From: an uncultured Methanomassiliicoccales archaeon
GTDB taxonomy: Archaea; Thermoplasmatota; Thermoplasmata; Methanomassiliicoccales; UBA472
DNA: 64,000 nt
Direction: 5' to 3'
Assembly (NCBI GenBank): GCA_942492955.1
Contig: OW818644.1
Span: forward strand, 1,439,541 to 1,503,540
Shown here: positions 27,050 to 36,835 of the stretch, one piece after another
Layout of the letters: every line of letters begins with the position of its first letter
Position numbering within the stretch: position 1 is the stretch's first letter
The notes under the pieces: generated by a model
What the model saw: the letters and a program-made list of their open reading frames with translations, nothing else
The model's database searches: none
Told to the model about the DNA's origin: nothing
Program-made: the position numbers and the translations under genes

Positions 27050-30000
27050 TCACTTCTGCGTGTATTTCAGGAAAAGCTTGACCCGCTGCCTGTTGAATAT
27101 CGCATCCTTGAAGTTCGGGGACAGCTCGATGGCGCTTTCGTAGAGCTTCAGCGCCCACTTCATCTCCCCTTCCTTCTCGGCGATGAGCCCGAGGGCAAAA
27201 TCGATCTCCGCGGTCTCCTCGTACTGGAGGGCCGAGGTGAGCGAAAGCTTGGCCCCCTCGATGTCACCCGTCATGATCTGGCATTTGCTCATATTGATGA
27301 GGTAATCTGCCCTCCGGTCCACCGCGATGGCCTTGCGGATCGCTTCCATCGCCCCGTTGTAGTCCCCGAGCACGAAGAGCGTCGCCCCGATGTTGTTCCA
27401 CGCATCGCCGTAGTTGGGGTCGGCCTCGACCGCCAGGTGCATGAAGTGCATCGGCTCGTCGTAACCGTACTCGCCCATGAAGCGCATGCAGACGCCCATG
27501 TTGTTGAGCGCCTCCGGGTAGGTCGGGTGCTCCAGCAATATCTCCTTCAGCACCCGGTATCCCTCTCGGTACTTGCCCTTGGCCATAAGGGACGTCGCCA
27601 GCGCCATCCGGGACACGAGCGAGTCGAGCGGACCGAGGTTGGAGTATTTCGAGATGATCTCGTCATAGCGCTTGGCGTCCAGCAGATTGACCGCCTCCCG
27701 CGCCCTGACCTCCTTGCTTGGGGAGATGGAAGCGAGTATGCGCATCGATTCCTCCCTTCGGCCTAGCCTTCTGGAGATCGACTCGATGTCCATCAGCGCG
27801 ATCTCGTCCCTGGGGTCCAGGCGGATCGCCTCCTTGAGCTCCTCCAGACATTCGGGGAGCCTCCCGAGGTCGTCAAGGATGTTGGCCTTGACATGCCTGG
27901 CATCGTGTGATTCGGATTTTTCCTTGATGTACCGGTCGATCTCTTCCAATGCCCGGGCGTTCTCCCCGAGGATATTGAGGATGACGGCGGCCTTCAGTTC
28001 GCGGTCGCTGATGGGGATCTCCGGCTCGACCGGGGTCTCGATGACCGGCGCCGGTGCGGTCGGTATGACCTCATCCTGCTTTGAGGCTGGAACAATAACG
28101 GGGGCCGGCTCGATCACCGATATCGCAGCGGATGGCAAGACCATGATTTCGCTCTCGACCTCGACCTTTGAGACCGCAAGTTCGTCCGTCGGGACCACGA
28201 TGGCCGTTTTCTCATCGATCAACGCGGGGAGGGTCTTTTCTTCTTGGACCGCCACGCTCACTTCTTCCTCCCGGATCGCAGGGGCAACGGCCGGTTCGAG
28301 CGGGACGACCGAAGTGTGTGCCTCGACATTCTGGATCTCGCTGCAGGACGGTTCTGGCACCCGCAGCGCGGTCTCACTCTCGGTCGGCACCAGGGAGAGC
28401 GGTTCCGGTGTGATCGTTGCCGGTACGCTGACCTTTTCGACATTGAGGGCGTTCTCCTCGATCGGAAGCGATGGCGCTTCGGGAGCGGCCGGCTCGACCT
28501 CCATTTCTGTCGTTGAAAGCTCAGCGGTCGGGACTTCTGGCTCGATCGGTTCGGGTGATGGTATCGCCGGCTCAGTCTCCGGTTCTATGAAAGGCGCGCG
28601 ATCTTCCTGGGCAGCTTCGATGGGCGTCTCGACGACCTCCTCGACCAGGGGTTCAGGGATCTCGGCCACTTCCGGCAACGCGGCATCGGGCTGGACCGTG
28701 GCTTCCTCCACTTTCTCCGGTTCCACGATCGGCGCTGCCTGCTCCATTGGCAACGGCCGTTCTTCAATCACCGATGCTGCATTCACCTGGACCACCGGTT
28801 CAGGCTCGGGAACGGTCTCCGGGACGCTCTCCTGAATTGGTTCAATGGTCTCGGCGGCATCCGGTTCCTGTGAGGGGACCGCCATCCCGGTGGCGGCCAG
28901 AAGTTCGTCCCTCTCTGCCACGGCCTCTGTCATGCCCTTGTCCAGCGAGGCTGCGGTCTCGAATGATCTGGTCGCATCGGCCAGTCTTCCGACCGCTTTC
29001 TGCGACATTCCCAGCGAATACCATATGTCCGCCCTGTCCCGGTCGATCTGAAGAGCGTCCGTCCAGGCCTCGATGGCCTCCTCGGTCCTGCCCATCAACA
29101 CCAACGTCAGCGCCCGATTGATCACTGGGTCTATGTAGTTCCGGTTCAGGAACGATGCCCGGTCAAAGGACTCGAGCGCTTCCTTGTGACGCCCCATGGA
29201 TTTGAGCACGATACCCCGGTTGTTGAAGGCCATGGCATCATTGGGGTAATAATCGCACATGTCCTCATAGACCTTCAGCGCCCAATCGTAGCGATGCAGC
29301 TGGAACAGGGTCGCTCCCTTGTTCAGCAGCGCCGCCTCCATACGCGGTTGGATCTTGAGCGCGGTATCGTATGCCTTGAGCTCCTTCTCGAAATCGCCCA
29401 ATTGGTTGTAAGCCAGGGCCATGAGGTACCAAGCGGTGGCATCTCCCGGCCTCAGCTCGCTGGCCCGCTTGGAAGCGACGAGCGCGTCGTCGTAACGGCC
29501 CATGGCCAGGAACACGTTCGCCTTTCGCAGCCATACGACATCGTTGTTCGGTTTGATGTCCAGTGCGCGATCGTAGTTGTAGAGGGCGTCACGGTACCGA
29601 CGCATTTTCAGATGCTCCTCCGCCGCATTGTAGAACGCGTCGAACTGAGCCCCGGAGGGAAGGTAACGGTTCCGGTCCTTCTCCAGGATGTTCCGGTCGA
29701 TCTCCGCCATCATCTTCCCGGCCAGGTCGTACTTCCGTAGAAGCATGAGCAGCTTCGGCTTGTCCGCGTAGGAAATGCTCTCCGCCTCGGCGAACTTCTT
29801 CTCTTCGTCATCCAGGTCGCATGTAACGACCAGCACCGGGATGGCGCCCCTCTTCGCCGCCATCTCCTTGAGCACCTTCATTGATCCGACGGAAGCGTTG
29901 TCGAACAGGCGCGATGCCGCCACGAAATACTGTCCTTCCTCGCTGATGCCTTCGAAGAACACCGCGTCCTCCGATGCGTCTATCCTGGTGACCTTGACGC

Positions 30001-30118
30001 CGATGCTGCCCAGCAGCTCGGAGATGAGGTCTTTGAAACCGTCGAAGTCCAGGTCGTTGATGGCGTGCATTATGCGCTCGTCCATGCGGCTGTCCAACAG
30101 TTCACTGAGGTCGGTCAT
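27050..30118 (-). CDS. Large TPR protein: degenerate Mrr-like N-terminal domain, TPR arrays and a Glu/Pro/Ala-rich linker
   Basis: Many TPR consensus units (AW..kG..L..lG.y.eA...fD.Al), a long E/P/A/V low-complexity linker, and a second TPR array. Confidence 0.85.
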   Translation of the reverse strand: MTDLSELLDSRMDERIMHAINDLDFDGFKDLISELLGSIGVKVTRIDASEDAVFFEGISEEGQYFVAASRLFDNASVGSMKVLKEMAAKRGAIPVLVVTCDLDDEEKKFAEAESISYADKPKLLMLLRKYDLAGKMMAEIDRNILEKDRNRYLPSGAQFDAFYNAAEEHLKMRRYRDALYNYDRALDIKPNNDVVWLRKANVFLAMGRYDDALVASKRASELRPGDATAWYLMALAYNQLGDFEKELKAYDTALKIQPRMEAALLNKGATLFQLHRYDWALKVYEDMCDYYPNDAMAFNNRGIVLKSMGRHKEALESFDRASFLNRNYIDPVINRALTLVLMGRTEEAIEAWTDALQIDRDRADIWYSLGMSQKAVGRLADATRSFETAASLDKGMTEAVAERDELLAATGMAVPSQEPDAAETIEPIQESVPETVPEPEPVVQVNAASVIEERPLPMEQAAPIVEPEKVEEATVQPDAALPEVAEIPEPLVEEVVETPIEAAQEDRAPFIEPETEPAIPSPEPIEPEVPTAELSTTEMEVEPAAPEAPSLPIEENALNVEKVSVPATITPEPLSLVPTESETALRVPEPSCSEIQNVEAHTSVVPLEPAVAPAIREEEVSVAVQEEKTLPALIDEKTAIVVPTDELAVSKVEVESEIMVLPSAAISVIEPAPVIVPASKQDEVIPTAPAPVIETPVEPEIPISDRELKAAVILNILGENARALEEIDRYIKEKSESHDARHVKANILDDLGRLPECLEELKEAIRLDPRDEIALMDIESISRRLGRREESMRILASISPSKEVRAREAVNLLDAKRYDEIISKYSNLGPLDSLVSRMALATSLMAKGKYREGYRVLKEILLEHPTYPEALNNMGVCMRFMGEYGYDEPMHFMHLAVEADPNYGDAWNNIGATLFVLGDYNGAMEAIRKAIAVDRRADYLINMSKCQIMTGDIEGAKLSLTSALQYEETAEIDFALGLIAEKEGEMKWALKLYESAIELSPNFKDAIFNRQRVKLFLKYTQK

Positions 30119-30918
30119 TGCGACACCCCCAACGAGGCCAGCATGCGCTTGGCCAGAGGACTCCGCAATTTCTCCGGGATCAAGGACAAGGCATCCCGGG
30201 CGCTGTCCATCCTACCGGTCTCGAGCAGGACGATGGCCCCTTGCACGACGAACGGAGCGTTATCGGCATCGATCGGAGTCGAGAGAAGCTTCTCCAAGGT
30301 CCCGATCGATCTGTCCGAATCGCCCAGCCAGTGGTCCAGCATGGCCGAGTTGCCCTGGGCGATCCGATCGAGCTTCGGGAAACCGGCGGAACGGGAATAG
30401 AATTTCCGGGCCAGCGCTGCGTGCTTCTCCATCAGTTCACGGAGGCTTTTTGGATCGACGGTCAAGTACCGGATCCTTGAGGCGGAGAGCGAGTACAGGT
30501 TGCCGATGCGGAGGCATGCCAGGGCCCAGAACAGGGAATCGTACTCGAGCGATTCGCAGTTCCAGATGATCGATGAGATGAGCTCCCTCTTCGGGATCCT
30601 CTCGAAACCGGTCAGGTGCAGCGGCACCCCGACACCGTCCAGATACATATCGACATAGGACGGGATGCGTGACCGGTCCTGATCGGTGAGCATCGCGCGG
30701 AAGGTGAGGGCTGGTTCTGTGCCTTTCGAGAACTTCACCTCAGGCGATACCAGTGGTCCGATCATCATGGTGGCGCTGCGCTGAGGCACAAGGCGCTGGT
30801 CAGCGTTCGGGTCCATCAACCGCGGGACGAGTGACACGGGTTCCCCCAATCTCCCAAAACACTTATCGCACAACAACGACCCAGACCGGGCCGGAGAACC
30901 GCACACTACGCATCCCAT
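30115..30918 (-). CDS. Hypothetical protein, N-terminal Zn ribbon (CVVCG..CDKC), helical C-terminus
   Basis: Stop overlaps the start of the TPR gene. Long ORF with host-like codons. Confidence 0.7.
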   Translation of the reverse strand: MGCVVCGSPARSGSLLCDKCFGRLGEPVSLVPRLMDPNADQRLVPQRSATMMIGPLVSPEVKFSKGTEPALTFRAMLTDQDRSRIPSYVDMYLDGVGVPLHLTGFERIPKRELISSIIWNCESLEYDSLFWALACLRIGNLYSLSASRIRYLTVDPKSLRELMEKHAALARKFYSRSAGFPKLDRIAQGNSAMLDHWLGDSDRSIGTLEKLLSTPIDADNAPFVVQGAIVLLETGRMDSARDALSLIPEKLRSPLAKRMLASLGVSQ

Positions 30919-31015
30919 GAAACCACCGATGAGGGAATGTGCGCGTGGGCATTTAGGATTATCCCCTAACGGGTGCGCTGGTAGAACGCTCTTCCAGCTG
31001 ATTTGTTGCGAACTC

Positions 31016-32575
31016 CTACCTCAGAGCCTTTCTCATGTAGGGACCGTGGTGATCGTATCCCAACGTGGAATAGTATCGCCGCACGCCCACGCCGCTGGTG
31101 ACCCGGAGACCCTGGTAACCGTGTTCCTTTGCCTGTTGTTCCGCCAGAGCCAGCAGTTCCTTGCCGAAGCCTCGGTGCTGTACGTTCCCATCCTGCCCGA
31201 TCTTGGCCATCAGTCCGAACACCTTAAGCTCCCGGACCATGGCGTCGATGCCCTCGCCCCTCCTCAGCCTGACGAATCCCACCAGTCCGTCCTGCTCCGG
31301 CAGCTCGAGCGAAATGAAATCCTCGATTCCGCCGGAGGATCTGTATGACTCTGACTTGAGCACCACCTCGTTCCTGTCAAACGCGGTGATCCCTTTCAGC
31401 CCCACCTCCCGGCATCGTATGCACTGGCAACGGGCCCCCTTCTCTTTCAGCCGAGCCTCGGCCAGTTCCCTCAAGTGACCTTTGTCGACCCCGGCCTCGA
31501 TCAGCGGGACCGGGATGTCCCTTTGGATGCGCTGGACCCTTGCCCATCGCGGCACCAGACGGAGCATCTCGGAGATGGTCTCGGTAGCTTCTTCCGTATC
31601 CAACGGCTCGTACTCCCCGTTCAGCCACATGTCGTACAGCTTGGTCCCTTTCACCACCAGCGTGGGATAGATCTTGACCATGTCCGGGCGGAACCGCTCA
31701 TCATCGAACATGGTGCGGAACGATCCCACATCCTTCTCCATGCTCGACCCGGGCAGGCCCGGCATGACGTGATAGCAGACCTTGATGCCGGCGTCCTTGG
31801 CCACCTTGGTGGCATCGCTCACCTCCGTTACCCCATGACCCCGGTTTACCGATGTCAGAATGGCATCGTCCAGTATCTGGACCCCGAACTCTACCCGGGT
31901 CGCTCCCAGGCTCAGGACGTTGGCGCATATCTCCGTCGTGAAATGGTCCGGCCTCGTCTCTACGGTCATCCCGATGCACCGGTGCTCGGACGTCTCGTTC
32001 CTGGCCTGCGCCTCGATAAGCGTCTGGGAGGCTTCTCCGTTCAAGCCGTCGAAGCAACGCTTGACGAAGTCATCCTGGTATGACCTTTCCCTTGAGGTGA
32101 ATGTGCCACCCATGACGATCAGGTCGACCTTCTCTGTCTCATGGCCGATCATCTCCAGCTGCTCCATCCGGCCGCGGACCTGCCTCTCCGGATCGAACTC
32201 GTAGTTCGCCCCTCGAAGCGCCGCTGGCTCCTTGCCGGTGTACGATTGGGGTGAATTGTTATCTACTCCGCCGGGGCAGAAGATGCACTTGCCATGCGGA
32301 CAGGGGGCTGGCGATGTCATGACCGCCACCACAGCCACTCCGCTGAGGGTACGTACCGGCTTTCGCCTCAGGATGCTGATGACCAGTGGATACTCCTCAT
32401 CGGAAGCGAAAGCGAGCGTTTCTGAGTTACGCGGAACGCCTGCCAATGCGTATCGGCGGCACAGCTCTATCTTGGCCCGCTGTAATGCGTCCTTATCGGT
32501 TATCTCCCCGTCCAGGATCATGCGGAGGAGCCGCTGGTGATACTCGGTGGCTTCGCCCATTGGAATGGTTCCCAC
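31016..32575 (-). CDS. elp3: Elp3 radical-SAM tRNA U34 acetyltransferase
   Basis: KP.RTLSGVAVVAVMT.P.PCPHGKC.FCPGG, MGGTF, ETRPD, K.YPT.V, RELKV, QHRGFG.LL. Confidence 0.96.
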   Translation of the reverse strand: MGTIPMGEATEYHQRLLRMILDGEITDKDALQRAKIELCRRYALAGVPRNSETLAFASDEEYPLVISILRRKPVRTLSGVAVVAVMTSPAPCPHGKCIFCPGGVDNNSPQSYTGKEPAALRGANYEFDPERQVRGRMEQLEMIGHETEKVDLIVMGGTFTSRERSYQDDFVKRCFDGLNGEASQTLIEAQARNETSEHRCIGMTVETRPDHFTTEICANVLSLGATRVEFGVQILDDAILTSVNRGHGVTEVSDATKVAKDAGIKVCYHVMPGLPGSSMEKDVGSFRTMFDDERFRPDMVKIYPTLVVKGTKLYDMWLNGEYEPLDTEEATETISEMLRLVPRWARVQRIQRDIPVPLIEAGVDKGHLRELAEARLKEKGARCQCIRCREVGLKGITAFDRNEVVLKSESYRSSGGIEDFISLELPEQDGLVGFVRLRRGEGIDAMVRELKVFGLMAKIGQDGNVQHRGFGKELLALAEQQAKEHGYQGLRVTSGVGVRRYYSTLGYDHHGPYMRKALR

Positions 32576-32579
32576 CGTA

Positions 32580-32864
32580 TCAATTGTAGAAGATCGAGTC
32601 AGGTTCCTTCTTCAGGCGGTCCTCCTCGTGCTTGTAGTTCAGGACATCGATGATCAGAACGGACATGGACGGTATGATGCGAAGGACCCCATCGAGATCC
32701 GTATCCTCCGATTGGAGCTTTATGCAGACCCCCGAGTCCTGTCCGAACTGTGTATAGCCCATGAACTCCCCTAAGGAAACGATCTGTTCATCCTTCCCGC
32801 CCCTGCTGACGATGCGGTACTTGCTGCCCCTGGTCAGTTTGCTTGGGTATTTTTCCTCTTCCAT
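32580..32864 (-). CDS. Conserved-looking 94-aa hypothetical protein
   Basis: True start MEEEKYP with SD GGAGTGA. The longer 190-aa ORF merely overlaps the upstream gene. Confidence 0.7.
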   Translation of the reverse strand: MEEEKYPSKLTRGSKYRIVSRGGKDEQIVSLGEFMGYTQFGQDSGVCIKLQSEDTDLDGVLRIIPSMSVLIIDVLNYKHEEDRLKKEPDSIFYN

Positions 32865-32869
32865 GTTGC

Positions 32870-33319
32870 TCACTCCTTGTTGGCAAGATCTTGCATGTGA
32901 TCGATCGTCTGGCGGTAGTTCTTCATCGCCATCTCCACATTCGCCTCGGTGAACGACCAGGCCTTGGACAGGTCTCCATAGCGGACACGATATCCTTTCT
33001 TCTTTCCCCCGTCCCTCTCCGCGTCCACCTCCTCGAGTATGTCCATCGACTTGAGCTTGTTCAGGTGGCGGTAGATCGTCGGTTTGGTGGTCTTCAGCTC
33101 GACGGCCATCTCTTCGACCAACCAGATCCGCTTCATGTTGCGTAGAAAGCAATCAGTGAACATCTTGTAGGGGACGCTGTCCTGCACGTTGGAGACCTCG
33201 GTCTTCGGGTCGTAGCCTTTCGGTATGTACCCGATCTGCTGCAGGAACTGCAGTGTTACCTCGTCCAGGTCCCTGATTGGCGTCAGCGGTGTGTTGCTGA
33301 CGATGCTGAGCTCAAACAT
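32870..33319 (-). CDS. Winged-helix transcriptional regulator
   Basis: W.VEEMAVEL.TTKPTIYRHLNKL...DILE HTH plus wing GY. Start moved to MFELS. Confidence 0.8.
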   Translation of the reverse strand: MFELSIVSNTPLTPIRDLDEVTLQFLQQIGYIPKGYDPKTEVSNVQDSVPYKMFTDCFLRNMKRIWLVEEMAVELKTTKPTIYRHLNKLKSMDILEEVDAERDGGKKKGYRVRYGDLSKAWSFTEANVEMAMKNYRQTIDHMQDLANKE

Positions 33320-33563
33320 GTTAATCGGGTCGATGATGGTTGTTAAGCTATTGAATATTATTGTAAAGACCACGCCTATTATTATTATGCATTACCATTT
33401 TCAAGAGGATGATGTCGATGAGGCCTGGAATTAGCAACCCGAATATCTACATATTTCCTATTTGTGATAATAGTGGTAAATATTGTACAAAGAGGATACG
33501 TTTTACCTCTATAGGAGGAAGTAATTTATATCCTCCCGGTTTTGATGGTAATAGGTATATCTC

Positions 33564-34661
33564 ATGGTTAAAAAAACGACTGCGATAATTGCAGTGGTTG
33601 TAGCGGTGCTAGCAGTGACGGCGATCATTGGAGCAGTGCTGCTTGCACCCACTAATAACACCGAGAAGGTTGTATATTGGTCTCAGATCGCCCCTGTGAA
33701 CCAGAAGGCGGCCATTTCTGAGGGAAAGGTCTCTGCAGGAGTGAGCTGGGAACCATACGTCTCTGATTCACTGGAAGCTGGGACAGCCAATGTGATTGCG
33801 TGGTCGGGCGATATTTGGCCCAACCATCCGTGCTGCGTTCTGGCGGTCAGCAGTACATTCGCCCAGAGTTCCCCTGACGCCGTTGCGAGACTGTTGCGTG
33901 CGAACATTGAGGCAAATATCTGGCTCAACGATGCCCTGTCCCACCCTAACAGCACGAACTACACTTTGCTGCTGAACATGGGCGCCCAGTTCAGCGGAAG
34001 GAGCACAGATGTCGTCAACGCCTCATTGGAACATATCGTATACAGCAGCGAGCTGACCGCTCAGGATAGGTCCTGGTTCGTCAATTTCACCACCGATTTC
34101 GAGAACCTTGGACTGTATACCACCAATATCACGGAGAAGGGGTACGCCAACGCCACTGATTATGTCGACCACCTGGTCGATGACTCGTTCACGGCTGCGG
34201 CGATGGCGGTACTACCGAGTGACCATATCGTGGCGAACGTGAGCCTGGGTTACCTAACCGGAGACCTGCATCAGTTCGCAAGGGTGATCGCATCCAATGA
34301 GACCGTTGGGGGCGGACAAAGTCTGTTCACGAAGTACGGTGTACAAGTCACTACCCCGAATCCAGCAGGATACGCGAACGGGGGATTTGTAATGGATGCT
34401 TTCAAGGCCGGCACGATAGACATGGGATACCTGGGGGCCCCGCCAGCATTGTTGAAGGTCATTAACGCCGGCACTGACATCAAGATAATATCCCTGGTCA
34501 ACTCGGAAGGATCGGCAATCATCGCCCAAAATGGAATAACCAGCTTCGACCAGCTGAATAATAAGACCATAGCCACTCCGGGACCGGCGTCCATCCAGCA
34601 TCTCCTGTTCCTGTTCTATGCAAATGAGCACGGCTACAAGGTCAAACTGTCTGGCACATAA
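33564..34661 (+). CDS. NitT/TauT (SsuA/TauA-like) ABC substrate-binding protein, circularly permuted
   Basis: WEP...SGDIWPNHPCCVL block comes before the LGYL...G.IDMGYLG.PP...EGSAI...PG..SIQH block, the reverse of the family order. Confidence 0.85.
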   Translation: MVKKTTAIIAVVVAVLAVTAIIGAVLLAPTNNTEKVVYWSQIAPVNQKAAISEGKVSAGVSWEPYVSDSLEAGTANVIAWSGDIWPNHPCCVLAVSSTFAQSSPDAVARLLRANIEANIWLNDALSHPNSTNYTLLLNMGAQFSGRSTDVVNASLEHIVYSSELTAQDRSWFVNFTTDFENLGLYTTNITEKGYANATDYVDHLVDDSFTAAAMAVLPSDHIVANVSLGYLTGDLHQFARVIASNETVGGGQSLFTKYGVQVTTPNPAGYANGGFVMDAFKAGTIDMGYLGAPPALLKVINAGTDIKIISLVNSEGSAIIAQNGITSFDQLNNKTIATPGPASIQHLLFLFYANEHGYKVKLSGT

Positions 34662-34724
34662 ACACTATTCGAATTTTATAACAAACCTTTTTATTTCTTT
34701 ATCACTTGCATGAGGAATGTTCAA

Positions 34725-35546
34725 ATGTCCAAATCATATGAATCCCTATTGAAATTCCTTAAGGATAACTTTGGACAGAAATTCTTCAAGATTATCATCT
34801 TCGTGATAATTTCATTGGCCGGCTTCGTGGCCGTCTGGTGGGCTGGATCGATTCTTCTAAGGTCCGATTACTTGCCTACCCCTCCAGGAGTGTGGGAGGC
34901 CTTCATCAGTTCCTTCACTCGCGATGACCCCGTCCTGGGCATCAACATGTGGCAGAACATATTCGTCTCACTGCAACGGTTCATTGCCGGTTTCCTTTTG
35001 GCGTTTATCGTCGCGATACCGGTGGGACTGGTAATGGGATTCTCAAAATTGGTTGACCTTCTGGTCAAACCGATCATCGAGTTGTTCCGTCCGATTCCGC
35101 CGATCGCTTGGGTTCCTTTCTTCCTGTTGTTCCTAGGAATATTTTGGGGCCCAATCGTCATCATTTTCATTGGTGTGTTCTTCCCGTTACTCTCTTCGGT
35201 CTATTTCGGTGTCAAGAGCGTCGATCCGATACTCCTTGATGCGGCTCGGACCCAAGGGGCAGGACGCGGAGCCATCTTTAGCAAAGTCATTCTTCCTTAC
35301 ACTGTGCCATACATCATGACCGGCATCCGCATTGGTTTAGGGATTGGCTGGATGTGCATTGTGGCCGCGGAGATGATCGGAGCGACAGGAGGGGGGATCG
35401 GATATTACATCAGTGTTCAGGGCGATATCGGCAATTATCCCTCAATGTTCGCTGGGATAGCTGTCATCGCCATTCTTGGGATAGCCACCACTGGGTTGAG
35501 CGGTTATATTGAGAAGCGCTTGAACCAGAGGACGGGATTGAAATGA
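34725..35546 (+). CDS. NitT/TauT ABC permease (SsuC-like)
   Basis: LPTP..V, RPIPPIAWVP, LDAART.GA, GLGIGWMCIVAAEM. Confidence 0.92.
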   Translation: MSKSYESLLKFLKDNFGQKFFKIIIFVIISLAGFVAVWWAGSILLRSDYLPTPPGVWEAFISSFTRDDPVLGINMWQNIFVSLQRFIAGFLLAFIVAIPVGLVMGFSKLVDLLVKPIIELFRPIPPIAWVPFFLLFLGIFWGPIVIIFIGVFFPLLSSVYFGVKSVDPILLDAARTQGAGRGAIFSKVILPYTVPYIMTGIRIGLGIGWMCIVAAEMIGATGGGIGYYISVQGDIGNYPSMFAGIAVIAILGIATTGLSGYIEKRLNQRTGLK

Positions 35547-36313
35547 GCTTGAGCATCAGGAACCTTCGCAAAGTATTCCCCAAGGAGGACGGCGAGATGG
35601 TCGCCATAGACGACTTCAGCCTGGAGGTCAGTGAAGGAGAGTTCGTCTGCATCCTTGGTCCATCTGGATGCGGCAAGACCACTCTTCTCCGTATGATCGC
35701 TGGCCTGGAGACTGCGACATCCGGAGAATTGCTCCTGAACAATGTGCCGATCACTGGTCCAGGCTCGGACAGGGGAATGGTGTTCCAAGAGTTTGCCTTG
35801 TTCCCTTGGCGAACGGTAAAGAAGAACATCGAGTTTGGTCTTGAGGTCAAAAAAGTATCTCCCATGGAAAGGGAAAGGATTTCCAAGAAATTCATCGACC
35901 TGGTTGGCTTGAACGGTTTCGAGAATTATCATCCGATTCAGCTTTCAGGCGGTATGAAACAGAGGGTGGGTATCGCCAGAGCATTGGCCAATGAACCGAC
36001 CATTCTCTTGATGGACGAACCGTTCGGTGCTCTGGATGCTCAGACGAGGAATATGATGCAGAAAGAACTGCTACGCATCTGGAAGGAAACACAGAAAACA
36101 GTCGTCTTCATAACTCATTCGGTCGACGAGGCGGTATTCCTTGCTGACAGGATAATCGTACTCACCACCCGCCCGAGCACGATCAAGGAGATCTTCGAGA
36201 TAAAGATCGAAAGGCCCAGGGATAGGGCGAGCGTAGAATTCGCGAACCTGAGGAAGCTCATCCTGGCGGAACTGGAACAGGAAGTGGTTTCCGCGCCAAA
36301 GACGGTAATTTGA
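35543..36313 (+). CDS. NitT/TauT ABC ATP-binding subunit (SsuB-like)
   Basis: GPSGCGKTT, FQEFALFPW.TV, LSGGMKQRV, MDEPFGALDAQTR. Confidence 0.94.
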   Translation: MSLSIRNLRKVFPKEDGEMVAIDDFSLEVSEGEFVCILGPSGCGKTTLLRMIAGLETATSGELLLNNVPITGPGSDRGMVFQEFALFPWRTVKKNIEFGLEVKKVSPMERERISKKFIDLVGLNGFENYHPIQLSGGMKQRVGIARALANEPTILLMDEPFGALDAQTRNMMQKELLRIWKETQKTVVFITHSVDEAVFLADRIIVLTTRPSTIKEIFEIKIERPRDRASVEFANLRKLILAELEQEVVSAPKTVI

Positions 36314-36835
36314 TCAGAGCACCTTCGACGCTGCCACCTCGATCGCCCGCTTCACGCTGTCCCTCGGGATGACGACGCTTACTGGTATGGTCAATATCTG
36401 TTCGATGGTCGGAGCGATGATCGGGGCACATACGATCGCCAACGCGCCGTCCCGCTCCGCCTTGACGGCGGCTATGATGGCATCCTCCATGGTCAGGGCT
36501 GGGTACTCCTTCACCTTGACGTTGCGCTCGCCCACCTGGAGTATCCGTTCCTCGATCTTCAGCAGAACGCTCTTTGTGGCGATGACGGCGATGAACTCTC
36601 CACCGGGATAGGTGTCCATCTTCCTGACCGCCTTGATCACAGCACGCACGGTGCGGAGATTCGGTTCACGCTGCTCTTGCAGGATCTTGTACACAGTGGA
36701 AGGTGACAGCCCGGTCTTCTCGCAGAACTCCGGAACGCTGACCTTCAATTCCTGCTCCAGGATCTTGCGCAGTGCTTCCCTGAAGCCCTCCTCGCTCCTG
36801 AGAATGCCGCCGACCAGCTCATCCACCATTGACAT
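36314..36835 (-). CDS. XRE/Cro-type HTH regulator with C-terminal alpha/beta sensor-like domain (archaeal family)
   Basis: EFCEKTGLSPSTVYKIL..QREPNLRT, FIAVIA, AIVCAPI. Confidence 0.8.
   Translation of the reverse strand: MSMVDELVGGILRSEEGFREALRKILEQELKVSVPEFCEKTGLSPSTVYKILQEQREPNLRTVRAVIKAVRKMDTYPGGEFIAVIATKSVLLKIEERILQVGERNVKVKEYPALTMEDAIIAAVKAERDGALAIVCAPIIAPTIEQILTIPVSVVIPRDSVKRAIEVAASKVL

Noticed and set aside
27672-28835. 387-aa Ser/Thr/Gly-rich plus-strand ORF
   Set aside because: Antisense shadow of the Glu/Pro-rich linker of the TPR gene.
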